A DNA stretch of 64,000 nt, taken from contig NIVC01001664.1 in the NCBI GenBank assembly GCA_002269645.1, positions 1-64,000 of the forward strand, in the 5' to 3' direction. Shown one piece after another: positions 36,701 through 49,900 of the stretch. The stretch's first letter is position 1. Each line of letters opens with the position of its first letter. The DNA is from Macrostomum lignano (Eukaryota). Below the pieces are notes generated by a model. The model searched no databases. It saw nothing but the letters and a program-made list of their open reading frames with translations, and was not told where the DNA came from. The position numbers and the translations under genes are program-made.

Positions 36701-39700
36701 TATGGACAAACCTGAAATTACTAGAATATCTAGATAGATCTAAACTTCTTTGAGCAGCGCGTTGCGCTGCGAGCAAAATACATGTAGATTCCTTAGCGCA
36801 ACTAATTAATAGTGTAGTACAGTCTACAGCCTGAAGTAGCCTGTGTAAGATGCGGAGGGATGATTTTTGCATAGGAAGCCACTACGGTAAGGTTGATGGA
36901 ACTATGGGGAGGTGAGAGATTCAAAGCGAGGGACGGAAGCCATGCATAGTTCGATCATAAGTTTGATTATTCCATGAGTCTGGGGATGCATTAACGAGAG
37001 GCGGACGAGAGCATAGAAATAAAGCGGGCTAAATATATTAATACACAAAATTACATGTACTAGCTAGTAATTTCAGAATGGTCAGCGACTCCTCCGATTT
37101 GTATCCGCGACCGCGTGCCCACAAATCCCCCGGCAGACCCTGTCGCAGTTGGTGGTTGTGCACAGAATACAATGTTAATTTTCGAGCTTCTCTGCAAAAA
37201 ATGCGTGATGCACTCAAGATGCGTGCTATAGTCTACTTCTTTGATTGATGGCTGGGTTTTGCCTTTTCGCTTGTGATCATCAAAAGCTTGGGCGTCATTG
37301 CTACTGGTGTTTCAGTGTGCGCATTATGTCTGGTTATCATATTATGTGCATGTGCAGTGTCTTTTACCTACATTTTTGTTTGTCTCTGTTTCCTGCATGC
37401 TCTTTCGCATTTTTACACCTCGCACACCCTCATTTTTCTCAATTAACAAGTGAAATCTTTTTTTAAAGACTAACTGCTATTTTAGTTAAGCTAGTAGGTT
37501 TTTGGTAATTAAATAATTCAATTTTGTCTATTTTCCAAAAAGTTTCAAAAAATGAATTGATTAAAATAAATTTGAATTATTTTAAGTTAATTGGAGTAAA
37601 ATGTCTAATAAGTAACTATAATTTTTTATTTTAAGTACATGCAGCTTTGGTATAAGTATTAATGTAATAAGTACTTAAAGTAAAATCAAGCAAGTTATAG
37701 TTTTCAGAAATTATGCTACAAATAATCAAATATATACTAGAATCCGAATTCCTTTATTAAGGAACATGCAGTTGATATTAAATCCACAATGTGCTTTTTG
37801 GTGTTCAAGGATAGTTCCCTGACTTTTTCTATTATTAGTTAGATTTTATTATATTTAATGTAAAAATGAACAATTCTATTCACCGTAAAAATGAACATTC
37901 TTTATTTGTCGAATCATCTTGACTTTGAAAAGATACATAGTGAAAACTTGATTTTTAATTCAACTTTTCAAGACTTATTTAGACTTCTTAATTCAGTGAT
38001 TAGTTAAACTGATCGAAGTCCTTTCGAGTGCATGCTATAATAATTTCGCACTTTTTCGCACACGATAATTTTAAATGTCTGGGATTTAGAGCAGAGTAAC
38101 AAAATGCTGTGCTCAAAAACATTTCCTTTGTCAATTTCTTGTTCTTTTATTTTTGCAAAAGAAATTTAACTGCATATTTAAAATAAAAATAGAAGAAAAT
38201 TTTATTTTCTCTTTAATATTTTTGTCGTTTATTTTCCGCAACAAAGAATAACAAATAGCCTTGATTTCTTCTCAATTTCAAGTTTTCTTGTGGTTTTAGT
38301 AGCAGCTTCTTACAGAAATTGTCGAAATAATTTTTTTTGTACGATTATTGGTCGATGTATAAACTTTTTTTGCAATAACAAAAAGTTGTGACCTAGCTTT
38401 GAGAACGACCCTGAAAGTTTTAAACCTAAATTAAATTATTCGATGTTGCACATGCAGCTGCAAAGTACTAGTTTAGAAACAACTAAGTCAAAGTTCTTAA
38501 CAAAAAACTTTAAAAGATCCTTTTCGATTTTGTTGCTTTTCATTATTTTACTTTAGTTTTACTGTCTTATCTTTGCCGTAAATTTGAATGCATTCTGCAT
38601 GGACTCGGGACGGTCCCAATATATCGGACGCAGGGCAATTTCGTTCCTAAATATCCACTGTAATGTGCTTAATTTAATTATATAATATGTACTAGCTAAA
38701 ATACTAATATGTCCCGATATACACTTCTACTACTGCTAGCTAGTACAGTTTCGTAGTCTCCTCAAGCGCAGTCATGATTCCAATTGCTTGTATTCTTGTT
38801 ATAGAGTCAGAAGATACAAGATTAGGGGGGGGGGGGCTACTATTTCATTTTTTGTCATTACTACATGATGTAGGCTATCCTGCAGAATCGTTCGTTAAAC
38901 TCAATGTACGCACATTTCATTATGCCAGTATTTTAGAAGTGTTTTGGGATTAGAATTCCATTTGTGGGGGTTGTAAGTTAACTTTTATTGCAATTTCTAG
39001 GTTTTTCTGGATTTTCCGGACTTCTGCCCCAACATGGATTGTGCCACCTCAAGACTCAAGAGGTTTGCGCAGCCCGTGAACTAACAAATATAGACACTTC
39101 TAAACATTTCTAAAATGTTGATATAATCAAAATAGGCCTATTTATTTTTGGAAAGTTCATGTCAATAGTTGAAAAAATACACATACAGTGAGTTTAATAA
39201 ATGATTCTGTAGGATAGCCGGGTTGTGTCACTATTATATAATTAGTGTTCTGCCATAGCTACAGTATAAGTATAGCTATGCCTATGATATGAGGTCTTAT
39301 GGCAAATGTAATAAAATAGGTGCTTATGGCAATTATGGATATACCTAGGCCTTATAGCAGCTAGTAGATAGGCCTAGCTGCTCTTATGGCTACAACTACT
39401 ATGTAAATATAGCCCAGTATTAAGAGACTGCAGTCATATTCTTTAGATTCTTATTATAGCTGTAAATATAGTTATAATTTAAAAAAATAAAAATATTAGA
39501 AATTGAGTAAGCCTAAGCTTCAACAAAAATACTTGGTAAACTGTATAATAGAGATTTAAAAACTTATAGGGCCTAAATAACTATATTATACCTAACCTAA
39601 TATAATATAATAAAACACTAGCAAGTTAGGTAGCAACTTAGGCCTATCTATTCTAACTTTTAATCATGTGAAAAAGTTCTATCTATCTATTAGGCCTATT

Positions 39701-41072
39701 AATAATTGATTTTTAGTAGTAAACTAGCTGGGGTAGGCTGTCTGCCAGCATCCAAAATTTTTATTATATCCCCCAGGTAGGTTTGCACAATTTAAATAGA
39801 GTAATTATCTGGGCAATGGGGCCCAGTGAGTTTTTTTATCAGTTGGCTTTGGTGCAATCATTAAAATTGGCTGTAAAGTTTCTTGCTATGCACAGGCTGA
39901 TAAAAAATACACTAAAAAGGCCATTTAAAACAGTTTTTTTATATTTAATCCCTTTAGCAATGAGCTAGAGCTGAATAAAAATGCATATACCGTCCTGGGC
40001 ACATGTATTTGACATCTTTTGGCAAAGAAACAATTAAAATCGGTTAAGCCATTCGGGAGATAACCAATTGCATACAAGCAAGCAAGCAAGATAAATAAAA
40101 ATATAATATAAAAAATCAAAAGGCAATCAAGTAGTTGTTTAAGACTAAGTTTCTACCTTAATTTGCAATTGTTTAAGTATTGGGAATCTTATTGATTGAT
40201 TTAAAGTATTTTATTTCCTAGACTTTTTGTTAGAACTACTCTTATCAACTAGCATTCTTGTTAATGGAACTGATAGAGAACTCTAGCGTATTGCATTTGA
40301 GATCTGATCCTGAATCACACCACAAACCATTTCACTCATGCTTGCAATCTGAGCATAGACACAGTTGTGCTAGGCCACATTTTTTAAGCATGGTAGCAGT
40401 CAAACTTTAAGTGGCACATCGCCATTTTAGAGTAATATTTTGGCATCTTAGTTGTGCTGAAATGTTTCTCTCAGCCTTGAGTTCCTGCCTTAGCTGCTGC
40501 ATAGTCACAACTCTTCAACCAGTAGGCTTGGGTAAGACAAGATGGAAATATAAGCAAAAAACATTGTCTATGCCAAAATCAATCTCAATATACTCGGGTT
40601 GATAAAAAAGCTAGCACTACTCACAAATCACTTCACCTTAGAAGTAGCGTAGCTAGCGAATAGTTTTTGCCTCAAATTTTTTTCACAGGGAGCTTGATTG
40701 AGCATTCTGGTGTATTCTATGATAGGGATTTTTGGGATTGGGAATATGGAAAATTAGAATTAGTTTTGCTTATAGGTATGGCTATACTATAGACATAGTG
40801 CAGAAGGATTTCAGTTTTTGTCTCTTATAATTATATAACAGTATAAAATAGTCAAATAATTTTACTTCAACTATACAACAAATTTGAGCATTAATTGAAT
40901 TAAAAAAATCATTACATAAAATAAATACTAAAATATATATACTAAAAAGATTTTAGGCTCATTCCATATAAGATGGACATTTTTGGAAAATAGAAAAAAG
41001 TCAATATTTTTGCTTGCCATTGCCTTATCAGCCAATTTTTTACCAAATGTTTTTTATGTGTAATATCTACAA

Positions 41073-41095
41073 TCTCTACCTATAAAAATCAAAAC

Positions 41096-41128
<33 letters not shown>

Positions 41129-41855
41129 GGACAAATTACTTCGCTATGGACTCCCAAACCGCTCAACCAAATTACACCAAACTTTACACCCACCCTAAAC
41201 TTACTACGGAGAATGTCTTAGGCTACCTTTTAATTTCCTAGACTCAAGTCTTCCTACCTAAAAGTACAAAAAACTGCTCAAAATGCGCGATTTTTTAACT
41301 AAATCCTCCATAGCGCCGCTCCACTTCTACCGATTCTCTTCAAATTTGACACAGGCAATTTTCAACTATTTTGACACAATCGTGTAAAATTTCAAATCTC
41401 AAAGTTACTCCTGAAAGCCGCTGTGCACTTTTAAAGTTAGGCTGTTTTTTCAGCGAGGCAGCCACCCCAACCTCCGCCCGCCTGCCTCTCTTTCCCGATC
41501 TGGGCCCAGATGTGAAAAAGGGGTTTAAAATGACTAACTTTCGGCTGCCATAAGTTTGCTCCACGTGAAGCGATTGACTTCAAACTTGACACAATTCTTC
41601 ATTGACTCATTCTCTGTCTAAATGTTAAGTCTTAACTCTGTAACTCAATCAGAACAGAAACTGTAAGCATGTGAAGTTTGTCTGCTTTTTCTGTTGTTTG
41701 TGGCGCTCAACTCACTCATTCCCGCAGTCCAGACGAAGGGTCAGGCGATAGGGCTCAATGTACATAGCGAATGTACAGTGTTTTGGAATAGCTTTATTTA
41801 TAACCTTCTCTGCACCCCGAGAGTGGAGAGGCTACGTTTAGCCATAACAGTTTAG
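41073..41855 (+). mobile_element. Putative non-autonomous Helitron-like element with (CTGT)n
   Basis: A|TC start, TCTCTACCTATAAAAATC followed by a (CTGT)n tract (41096-41128), ACCGCTCAACCAAATTACACCAAACTT block, 3' hairpin GGCTA-CGTT-TAGCC then TTAG|T. Resembles the architecture of Lep1/DINE-type elements. Confidence 0.5.
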
Positions 41856-42299
41856 TGAGAATTCTAACCACTGCCCTCCCCTCTGTATTGGCAAACTCTG
41901 CAGCAGTTTAACACTGGATGGCAATTGGCAAATCGAGGGAATCCAGCATGGTTTGTAAAAGCGAAAGATTTATGAAAAGGCGATGCGATGCAATGCAATA
42001 TAACCCTACTAAATTAGGCACACCATGGAAATTTTAGGTTTCTTTTAAAGGTACTGTGTAAATTTTAAATGGCCTCCTAAGAAATGCGTATTTCCTTGGT
42101 TGTTAGACTGATGCAGACTGCAGTGGAGCTGAAGATACAAAAATTCTTTTCAGGGCTTGCAAATTGGCAAGAAAGGTGACATGATCAAAGCATGAGAACA
42201 GCCATGAGAGTACTACGTCCCACAAACTGGCTTTCTAAGCAGGAATGGGCAGACTTTTACCTCTAAGTCCAGAAAAGAATCCAGCTTATGGCTGAGGGG

Positions 42300-43315
42300 C
42301 AGTTGAGAGTGGGGAGAAGAAGGAATAGACTATTCGAAAAGAGAGGAGAGGTGAGAGAGGGAATAAGAGAAAAGATAAAAGATAATAGGAGAGATGAGGG
42401 AGTGAAGACGATGAGAGGAGAGAGTAGAGAGGAGAGAGTAGAGGAGCGAGTAGAGAGGAGAGAGTAGAGGAGCGAGTAGAGAGGAAAAAGTAGAGAGGAG
42501 CGAGTAGAGAGGAGAGAGTAGAGTAGCGAGTAGAGAGGAGAGAGTAGAGAGTAGAGTAGCGAGTGGAGAGGAAAGAGTAGAGAGGAGCGAGTAGAGAGGA
42601 GAGAGTAGAAGAGCGAGTAGAGGGGCGAGTAGAGAGGAGAGAGTAGAGGAGCGAGTAGAGGAGCGAGTAGATAGGAGAGAGTAGACAGTAGAGTAGATAG
42701 GAGAGAGTAGACAGTAGAGTAGCGAGTGGAGAGGAGAGTGTAGAGGAGCGAGTAGAGAGGAGTTAGTAAAGAGGAGAAAGGAGAGATAAGAGAGAGAATG
42801 GAAGAGAGAAGAGATAAAGTTGTACAGATGAGAGAGGTGTAAGGAGAGATGAGAAATGAGAGATGAGAGATAAAGGAGGAGAGTGGAGAGAGAAGAGACG
42901 AGACAAGAGATGGCGAGAGTATATAGAAGAGGGAAGAGAAGAGAAGAGAAGAAAGGAGAAAGGAAAGTGAGGAGACAAAAGAGGTGAAAGAAAAGAGTAC
43001 AGAGGACAAAATGAGAGAACATTAAGACAGTAAAGATGACAGATGAAAGAGGGGGGATGAGCTGAGAGCAGAGACGAAAATGAACAGACGAGAGATGGGA
43101 GAATAGAGAGAACAGAAGAGAGAGAAGAGAGAAGAGATTACAGAGACGAGAGGAGAGACAAAGGGAGAGAGAAGTGAGTGAGGCGAGAGGAGAGAAAAGA
43201 GGAGAATGGAGGGGAGAGAGTAGAGAGGAGAAGAAAGATGGGAGAGAAGAGATTACAGAGACTAGAGGAGAGAGGAGAGACAGGGAGAGAGAAGAGGAAA
43301 TAGGAGAATAAAGAG

Positions 43316-43372
<57 letters not shown>

Positions 43373-43800
43373 CAGAGCAGATAGAAACGAGAAGAGATAA
43401 GAGAAAAAAGATAAAAGAAGAGAAAGGAGAGATGAAAGAGCAGACGAGAGAGAAGAGAGGTGAGGGAAGAGACGGGCGACGAGGGGAGAGAGAAGATATA
43501 AAACAAGAAAAGAGATGAGTGGAAAGAGAGAGAGGAAAGATGTGAGGGGAGAGACGAGAGAAGAGGGGGAGAGAGGAGAGAGGAGAGGAGAGAGAAAACG
43601 AAAGAGTAGAGAGGAGAGAGAAGAGCAGAGAGAAAACGAAAAGTAGAAAGGAGAGAGAAGAGGAGAGAGAAAAGAATAGGGAAGAGAGATGAAACAGAAG
43701 AGAGATGAGGGAAGATACAAGAGAAGAGAGGAGAGAAGAGAGAGGAGAGACGAGGGATGAGAGAGAAGAAAGGAAACAAAGAGACGATAGAAATTTTAAA
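42300..43800. repeat. ~1.5-kb polypurine (GA-rich) low-complexity tract including (GA)n
   Basis: Almost exclusively G/A on the + strand; explains the Ser/Leu-rich minus-strand ORFs. Confidence 0.95.
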
Positions 43801-46800
43801 GGATCCAAGGGACGTAGGGAGAGTCAGGGAGAGACCAGAGTTTAGCAATATATGTTTTAGAGTCAGACAGACATTGCCTGACATTCTGCGCAGTACCCCA
43901 GCCAACAATATCAACGTTTGCCTCAAACCCTAATTTTACACGAATGTGCTCCATTTTATGTCTACCTCTATCCTACTATTAATTTGTTAGTGTATGGCCT
44001 TAGATTTCAGAATACATGCAAAAGTAGTTCCGGAGATTAGAATTCCCCGGGTTCAAAATCCGCGGGTTTCAACAGCTTGTCTAAGAATAAATGAATGATA
44101 AAATGTTAGATTAGTATGCTATCAAGTGGCAAAAAGTCATTTTTGTAAAAATTTAGACATTTTTCTAAGCAAAAGACATCATTAAGTTTGTGTACCTTTT
44201 AAAAACAAATAGAAAGCTTTGGAAGGTTGAAACAAACTATAGATAAAAGTATAGTACTTGCATCATCAGATAAAAGTATTGGTGACCAAATAATCTATTA
44301 TATTTTTAATATATTGGTACCTTAAAGTTACTGAATTGACAGAAAAAAATATGTCACAACCATAATGTTACGACCATAAGGCTGCCTTTTCTTTTGTATC
44401 TTTGTTGCCTTTTTGAGTTTATATATTCTACAAAAAGAGTATGATTACTAAAGATGTTCTTAGTCAAATTTTAAAAAAATGTATTGCAAAATATCAAAAA
44501 TAAAAATGTTATAAGACTTTTACCTTTTAGTTTCTATATGTCAAAAATCCTGTTGTTATGACCATAAGTGCCATTCAAGGTTTAATAGCATCTATACTAA
44601 TGATGATATCTACATGAAACTCTATAAAAATATTTTTGACAAAATTATCTTTCATTTAAAATATTGGTTTAGTATATTCTATTATTATATTTCATTTTAT
44701 AAGAAAAAATAGCCTGTCATGTTACGACCATGCTTATATGGAATGAGCCTTTATAATATTATAGGCCTATTTAAAATATTTAAAATAAACTTTTGTATTG
44801 TATAGTTTTTTATACTTAAAATATAAAAAAAGCACAACAAAGATGTATTCTAAATTTATTTTTAATGAGCATTCTGACAATAAAATACTATACAGTGTAC
44901 TATACAAAAATATTACTTTATAAGTAATGTAAATAGTAGTAATGTAACCAATCAAATTCATAGTCATATTACATGAACTTCTAAATATATATAATATATG
45001 ACAGCGTGACCAACATATACAATGATACAACATGTATAACAAAGGGCCCTTGTAGAAATGAATGATATACAATGTGTACAATAGCCAACCTTAGGCCCTA
45101 GTGTACCATAGAATTTTCCAGTATATATCTATCCTTCTGCACCATGGTGGCTATGGCAAATAGACCCTATTTATAATAGAACAACATATAGCTACAGGTT
45201 TAACTGCAATCAATCAAGTGCAGACTGCAATATAGCAGAACCTAGAAAAACTATTGGAAGGGGGCATCTAGGCATGCAACATGATTAGACCAATGTCAAT
45301 AAACTGACAACTACCACAAGGATAAACTTAGTGTACTTTTTGGATAAAGAAGTCCCAATGGAGAATAAAGACTAAGTCTAAATGCTAAGCCTATAAAATG
45401 CTAAGCCTATAAAATATAATTAATTATATCATTAAAATATTCAGTAGGCCCTAAGTTATACTTTAGGCATTGGAAGATTTAAAAAAATGGGAAAGGCAAC
45501 TGGCAAGACCATTGATGCTCCTCTTGCCTCTGTTCTGATATCTATGATCATTGTATCTTATTCATTTGTTATAATTAATTAATTAGTAATCTAATAGATC
45601 TTAGATTGACCAAATCTAATCTATATTTTAGTCTTTGTCTCTAATAAGATATAAGAGTAGCACATAGCTATTTGAATAGCTCTAATTTTTTTAAACAAGT
45701 TTAGCCTTCTATTTGGAAAATATATATTAAAAGTTGCTAAAAAGGGAGAGGTGATACTATTGATGCTCCCTCCCCACTTTTAAAGACATCCCCTTTCCCA
45801 CATTAGACAGCACCAATAAGCCAGATGGCACTTCCATTGCAAGGGGCTATAAAATGGCATGGATAAGCCTATAGCAAATTCCCACTCCTGAATCCTGAAT
45901 TGTTCATTGGAAATTCCAGTGTATAGTAGACCTGAAAAGATGTTGGCAATATAGTATCCAGCATACAGCAATAGCTATTTCATGGTAAATTTATGCATCA
46001 TTGTACTGGCATATGGCATAGCAATAGTGGCATAATAAAAATTACTTTTTAAAACACATTTTTTGTTAAAAATTCTAAAACAAAAGAAAAAAGAAACATT
46101 ACAACAATTACTATTTTTTCATTTGAAGATTCCTCTGTTTAAAAAAAGCTTTAAAAATTGATACCTAAAATTTAAGTTAAAATTTGACATAGCATTGCAA
46201 TTTTGTTTTAGAAAAAATAAATATAATGTGCAATCTTTTTTCTGGCATAAACTTTAATTTATAATAGCATAAAAGGTCATTTTTCTAGCATACCATATAA
46301 TAGATTTGAGAGTGTGATAGCAAGTCTATTTGTATTAGATTTATTATTCTTCTTTTTATTCAAGCAAATGAGATTTATATAATGAATTAAAAATATTTAA
46401 AAAAATAACTTTGAAAGTCTCACTGGAATCTTTTATTATATTTAGCTCTGTAATTATACTTAAGTAGATTTAATAATATAGTTAGATAAATGCTTTTGTA
46501 TTAGGTCAATAAATGTTTTAGTTTGCCAATTTTAGATTTAGCCTTAGTTGGCACCTAATGTTTTAAATGTACTATAAAATTGTACAAACATTCATTTTAA
46601 AATACAAAAAGTGAATAATGCATTTATTTTAATTAAATATAATGCACATTTGAATTGTGTCCTAGATTCATTTCTAACAAAAACCTATCTAAGTAACAAA
46701 GACCAGATCCCAAGCAGGCCTCCCACATCCTAATGACAATCTTAAAGTATAGCATGATTTGAAACATCATTGCCTTGTAGACATCTTTTAGATAAAAAGC

Positions 46801-46981
46801 AAACTCCACTCCATTAGTAGCCATGGGCATAGATCAAAGAGGTTCCTTTTTGACGACTAAAGTTTTTATTATGACAAAAGTATATAAATCTTTATTAAGT
46901 TGATGCATGGGTAAAATGAAACAGTAATCACTCAACAAGCCTTGGTTTTCATCCTTATTGTTAAAATTAAATTGTTTCCAG

Positions 46982-49900
46982 TCGCAGCCACTACTAGCTG
47001 CAGACGAGTCTGGTTCGGCTTTTGCCGACGAAGCCAAATTACTTAATGATGACGCTCTGGAGCGGCTGGCCAGGCGTCGGTCGCAGGCGGCTCCATCGGA
47101 TCCTCTGCAGAGAATGACGGCTAGGTGAGCGTATTTGGCTGTGAGGCTGTACAATGGCCCTGCTGATAGATTTTACAGGCTGTACAATGGCCCTGCTGAT
47201 ATCTAGATTGTACAGGCTGTACAATGGCCCTGCTGATATCTAGATTGTACAGGCTGTACAATGGCCCTGCTGTTATCTAGATTGTACAGGCTGTACAATG
47301 GCCCTGCTGTTATCTAGATTGTACAGGCTGTACGGGGTCATGCTCATCTTGTATTGTGTCCTGTACATGACTGCTGCTGTTCACTGTTTTAGTCTGTAGT
47401 AAATATGTACATTGCAGCATGTTAGAGAATATCTTGTCTGCGCCTGTTTTATCCAATTCACCTTGCTCGAGATTAGAAGTACATTGTGTATAGTTCATAA
47501 TTCTAATAGCTTTAATTGAGTCACTAACAGTTCGCTAACGCTGCTCTAACAATGCCGAACCTCAGGGAGCTCAGCGACCACTACGAGAATTGCATCAAAC
47601 TATCGGTCGAAGGGAAGATCTCTTCCAAGAATGCCTTCGCATTGCACCTGATCGACTACCTGCAGGGCACGGTGAAGGGCATCGACAATTTCCAGCTGGC
47701 CAGCAGTTCGCTGGACGCCGGCGCCAAAATCTACGCCGGCCGAGTGGACGCCGTCCACCGCGAAGCTTACAAAGTCATGGGCGGACTTGGCCGAAACGAT
47801 GCCAACCCGGCTGCTGCGGACTCGGACGGTGATGAGGAGGCCGGAGGAGGTAGGTGGAAGTGCGAGTAGCTCAGTGCTACCTGAGCCAGTTCATGTACAT
47901 TCCCTCATATCTGCACCCATTCCAAATGCACACTCCCCATCCGCTATGTACATTCCCTCATATCTGCACCCATTCCAAGTGTACATTCCCGATCTACAAT
48001 GCACATTCCATCACGACTGTCACCCATGCGCAATGGACATATCATGGCCACCAGTCACGCGCATTCCTTCTTACAGAATCAATCTATCTACCATTTTTAA
48101 TCGCTCTCCAGCCGCCGCGGCCGAAGTCACAGGCGACGACGAGGCCATGCTGGCAGCCCGCGCCGCCGCCGCGGCCAAACGGCGCCAGCGCAAGCGCAAG
48201 GCCGTAATCGCTACAAGCCTGACGCGCATCCGCCTGAAGCCGGCCTCCCTACGCTTTGATGTTGACCCGCTGTTCCACCAGCAGGCGGCCGCCTACGACA
48301 ACGGCGGCACCGGGGAGATGCGTCTTAACAACGTGTGCGTCATTGACAATGACTGCGAGATCCTGCTGGACTCCGATGCTACGCTCAATCTGGGCCGCCA
48401 GTCCGTGCTAGCCATCGCCAACGTGGCCTGGTCGGATCCGCCTTGCGACCTGCCCACGCCTGGAGTGGGAGCCCTAGCAACCGTTGCTAGGTCGGCTGCG
48501 CATACTATCTGTGGTCACTATGCGGACTTTGTGTTTGCCAATCCGACAGCTCGCGTTAATGGGGCCGAAAATGACGAGTCGTTGATTGCGACTGTGGCTC
48601 CGGTGGCCTCCCAGGCCCAGGATTCGTCTGCTGCCGATCCTCCCGATGTCGATATGGTCGATGACGACGACGACATTGTCGATGACGATGCACGCGACGA
48701 CCACGCTGGCGTTGATGCGACGCTGGCGTCCGCGGTTGCTGATGATAACGCCGGTGGCGATGTCACAATTGTGCCAGGTGGAGCCACCAGCGCCACTGTG
48801 TGAGTGCCATTTTGTGAGTGACGTTATGTCACTCCTGTGCTAGCGTCCGCTGTGCGTCACTAGTGTGCGTCACTCTAATGTTAGTGTGCGTCACTTTAGT
48901 GCCAGTGTGCGTCACTTTCTTACCAGTGTGCGTCACTTTCTTACCAGTGTGCGTCACTTTATTACCTGTGTGCGTCACTTTCTTACCAGTGTGCGTCACT
49001 TTATTACCAGTGTGCGTCACTTTCTTACCAGTGTGCGTCACTTTCTTACCAGTGTGCGTCACTTTATTACCAGTGTGCGTCACTTTATTACCAGTGTGCG
49101 TCACTTTATTACCAGTGTGCGTCACTTTATTACCAGTGTGCGTCACTTTCTTACCAGTGTGCGTCACTTTATTACCAGTGTGCGTCACTTTATTACCAGT
49201 GTGCGTCACTTTATTACCAGTGTGCGTCACTTTATTACCAGTGTGCGTCACTTTATTACCAGTGTGCGTCACTTTATTACCAGTGTGCGTCACTTTATTA
49301 CCAGTGTGCGTCACTTTCTTACCAGTGTGCGTCACTTTATTACCAGTGTGCGTCACTTTATTACCAGTGTGCGTCACTTTCTTACCAGTGTGCGTCACTT
49401 TATTACCAGTGTGCGTCACTTTATTACCAGTGTGCGTCACTTTCTTACCAGTGTGCGTCACTTTATTAGACACACTTTATTAGACACACTTTATTACCTG
49501 TGTGCGTCACTCTAGTGCCCGTGTGCGTCACTCTAGTGCCACTGTGCGTCACTCTAGTGCCCGTATGCGTCACTCTAGTGCCCGTGTGCGTCACTCTAGT
49601 GCCACTGTGCGTCACTCTAGTGCCCGTAAGCGTCACTCTAGTGCCAGTGTGCGTCACTTTATTACCAGTGTGCGTCACTTTATTACCAGTGTGCGTCACT
49701 TTATTACCAGTGTGCGTCACTTTATTACCAGTGTGCGTCACTTTCTTACCAGTGTGCGTCACTTTATTAGACACACTTTATTAGACACACTTTATTACCT
49801 GTGTGCGTCACTCTAGTGCCCGTGTGCGTCACTCTAGTGCCACTGTGCGTCACTCTAGTGCCCGTATGCGTCACTCTAGTGCCCGTGTGCGTCACTCTAG

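Noticed and set aside
42263-43926. Ser/Leu/Phe-rich minus-strand ORFs up to 492 aa
   Set aside because: Translation artefacts of the CT-rich strand of the polypurine tract.
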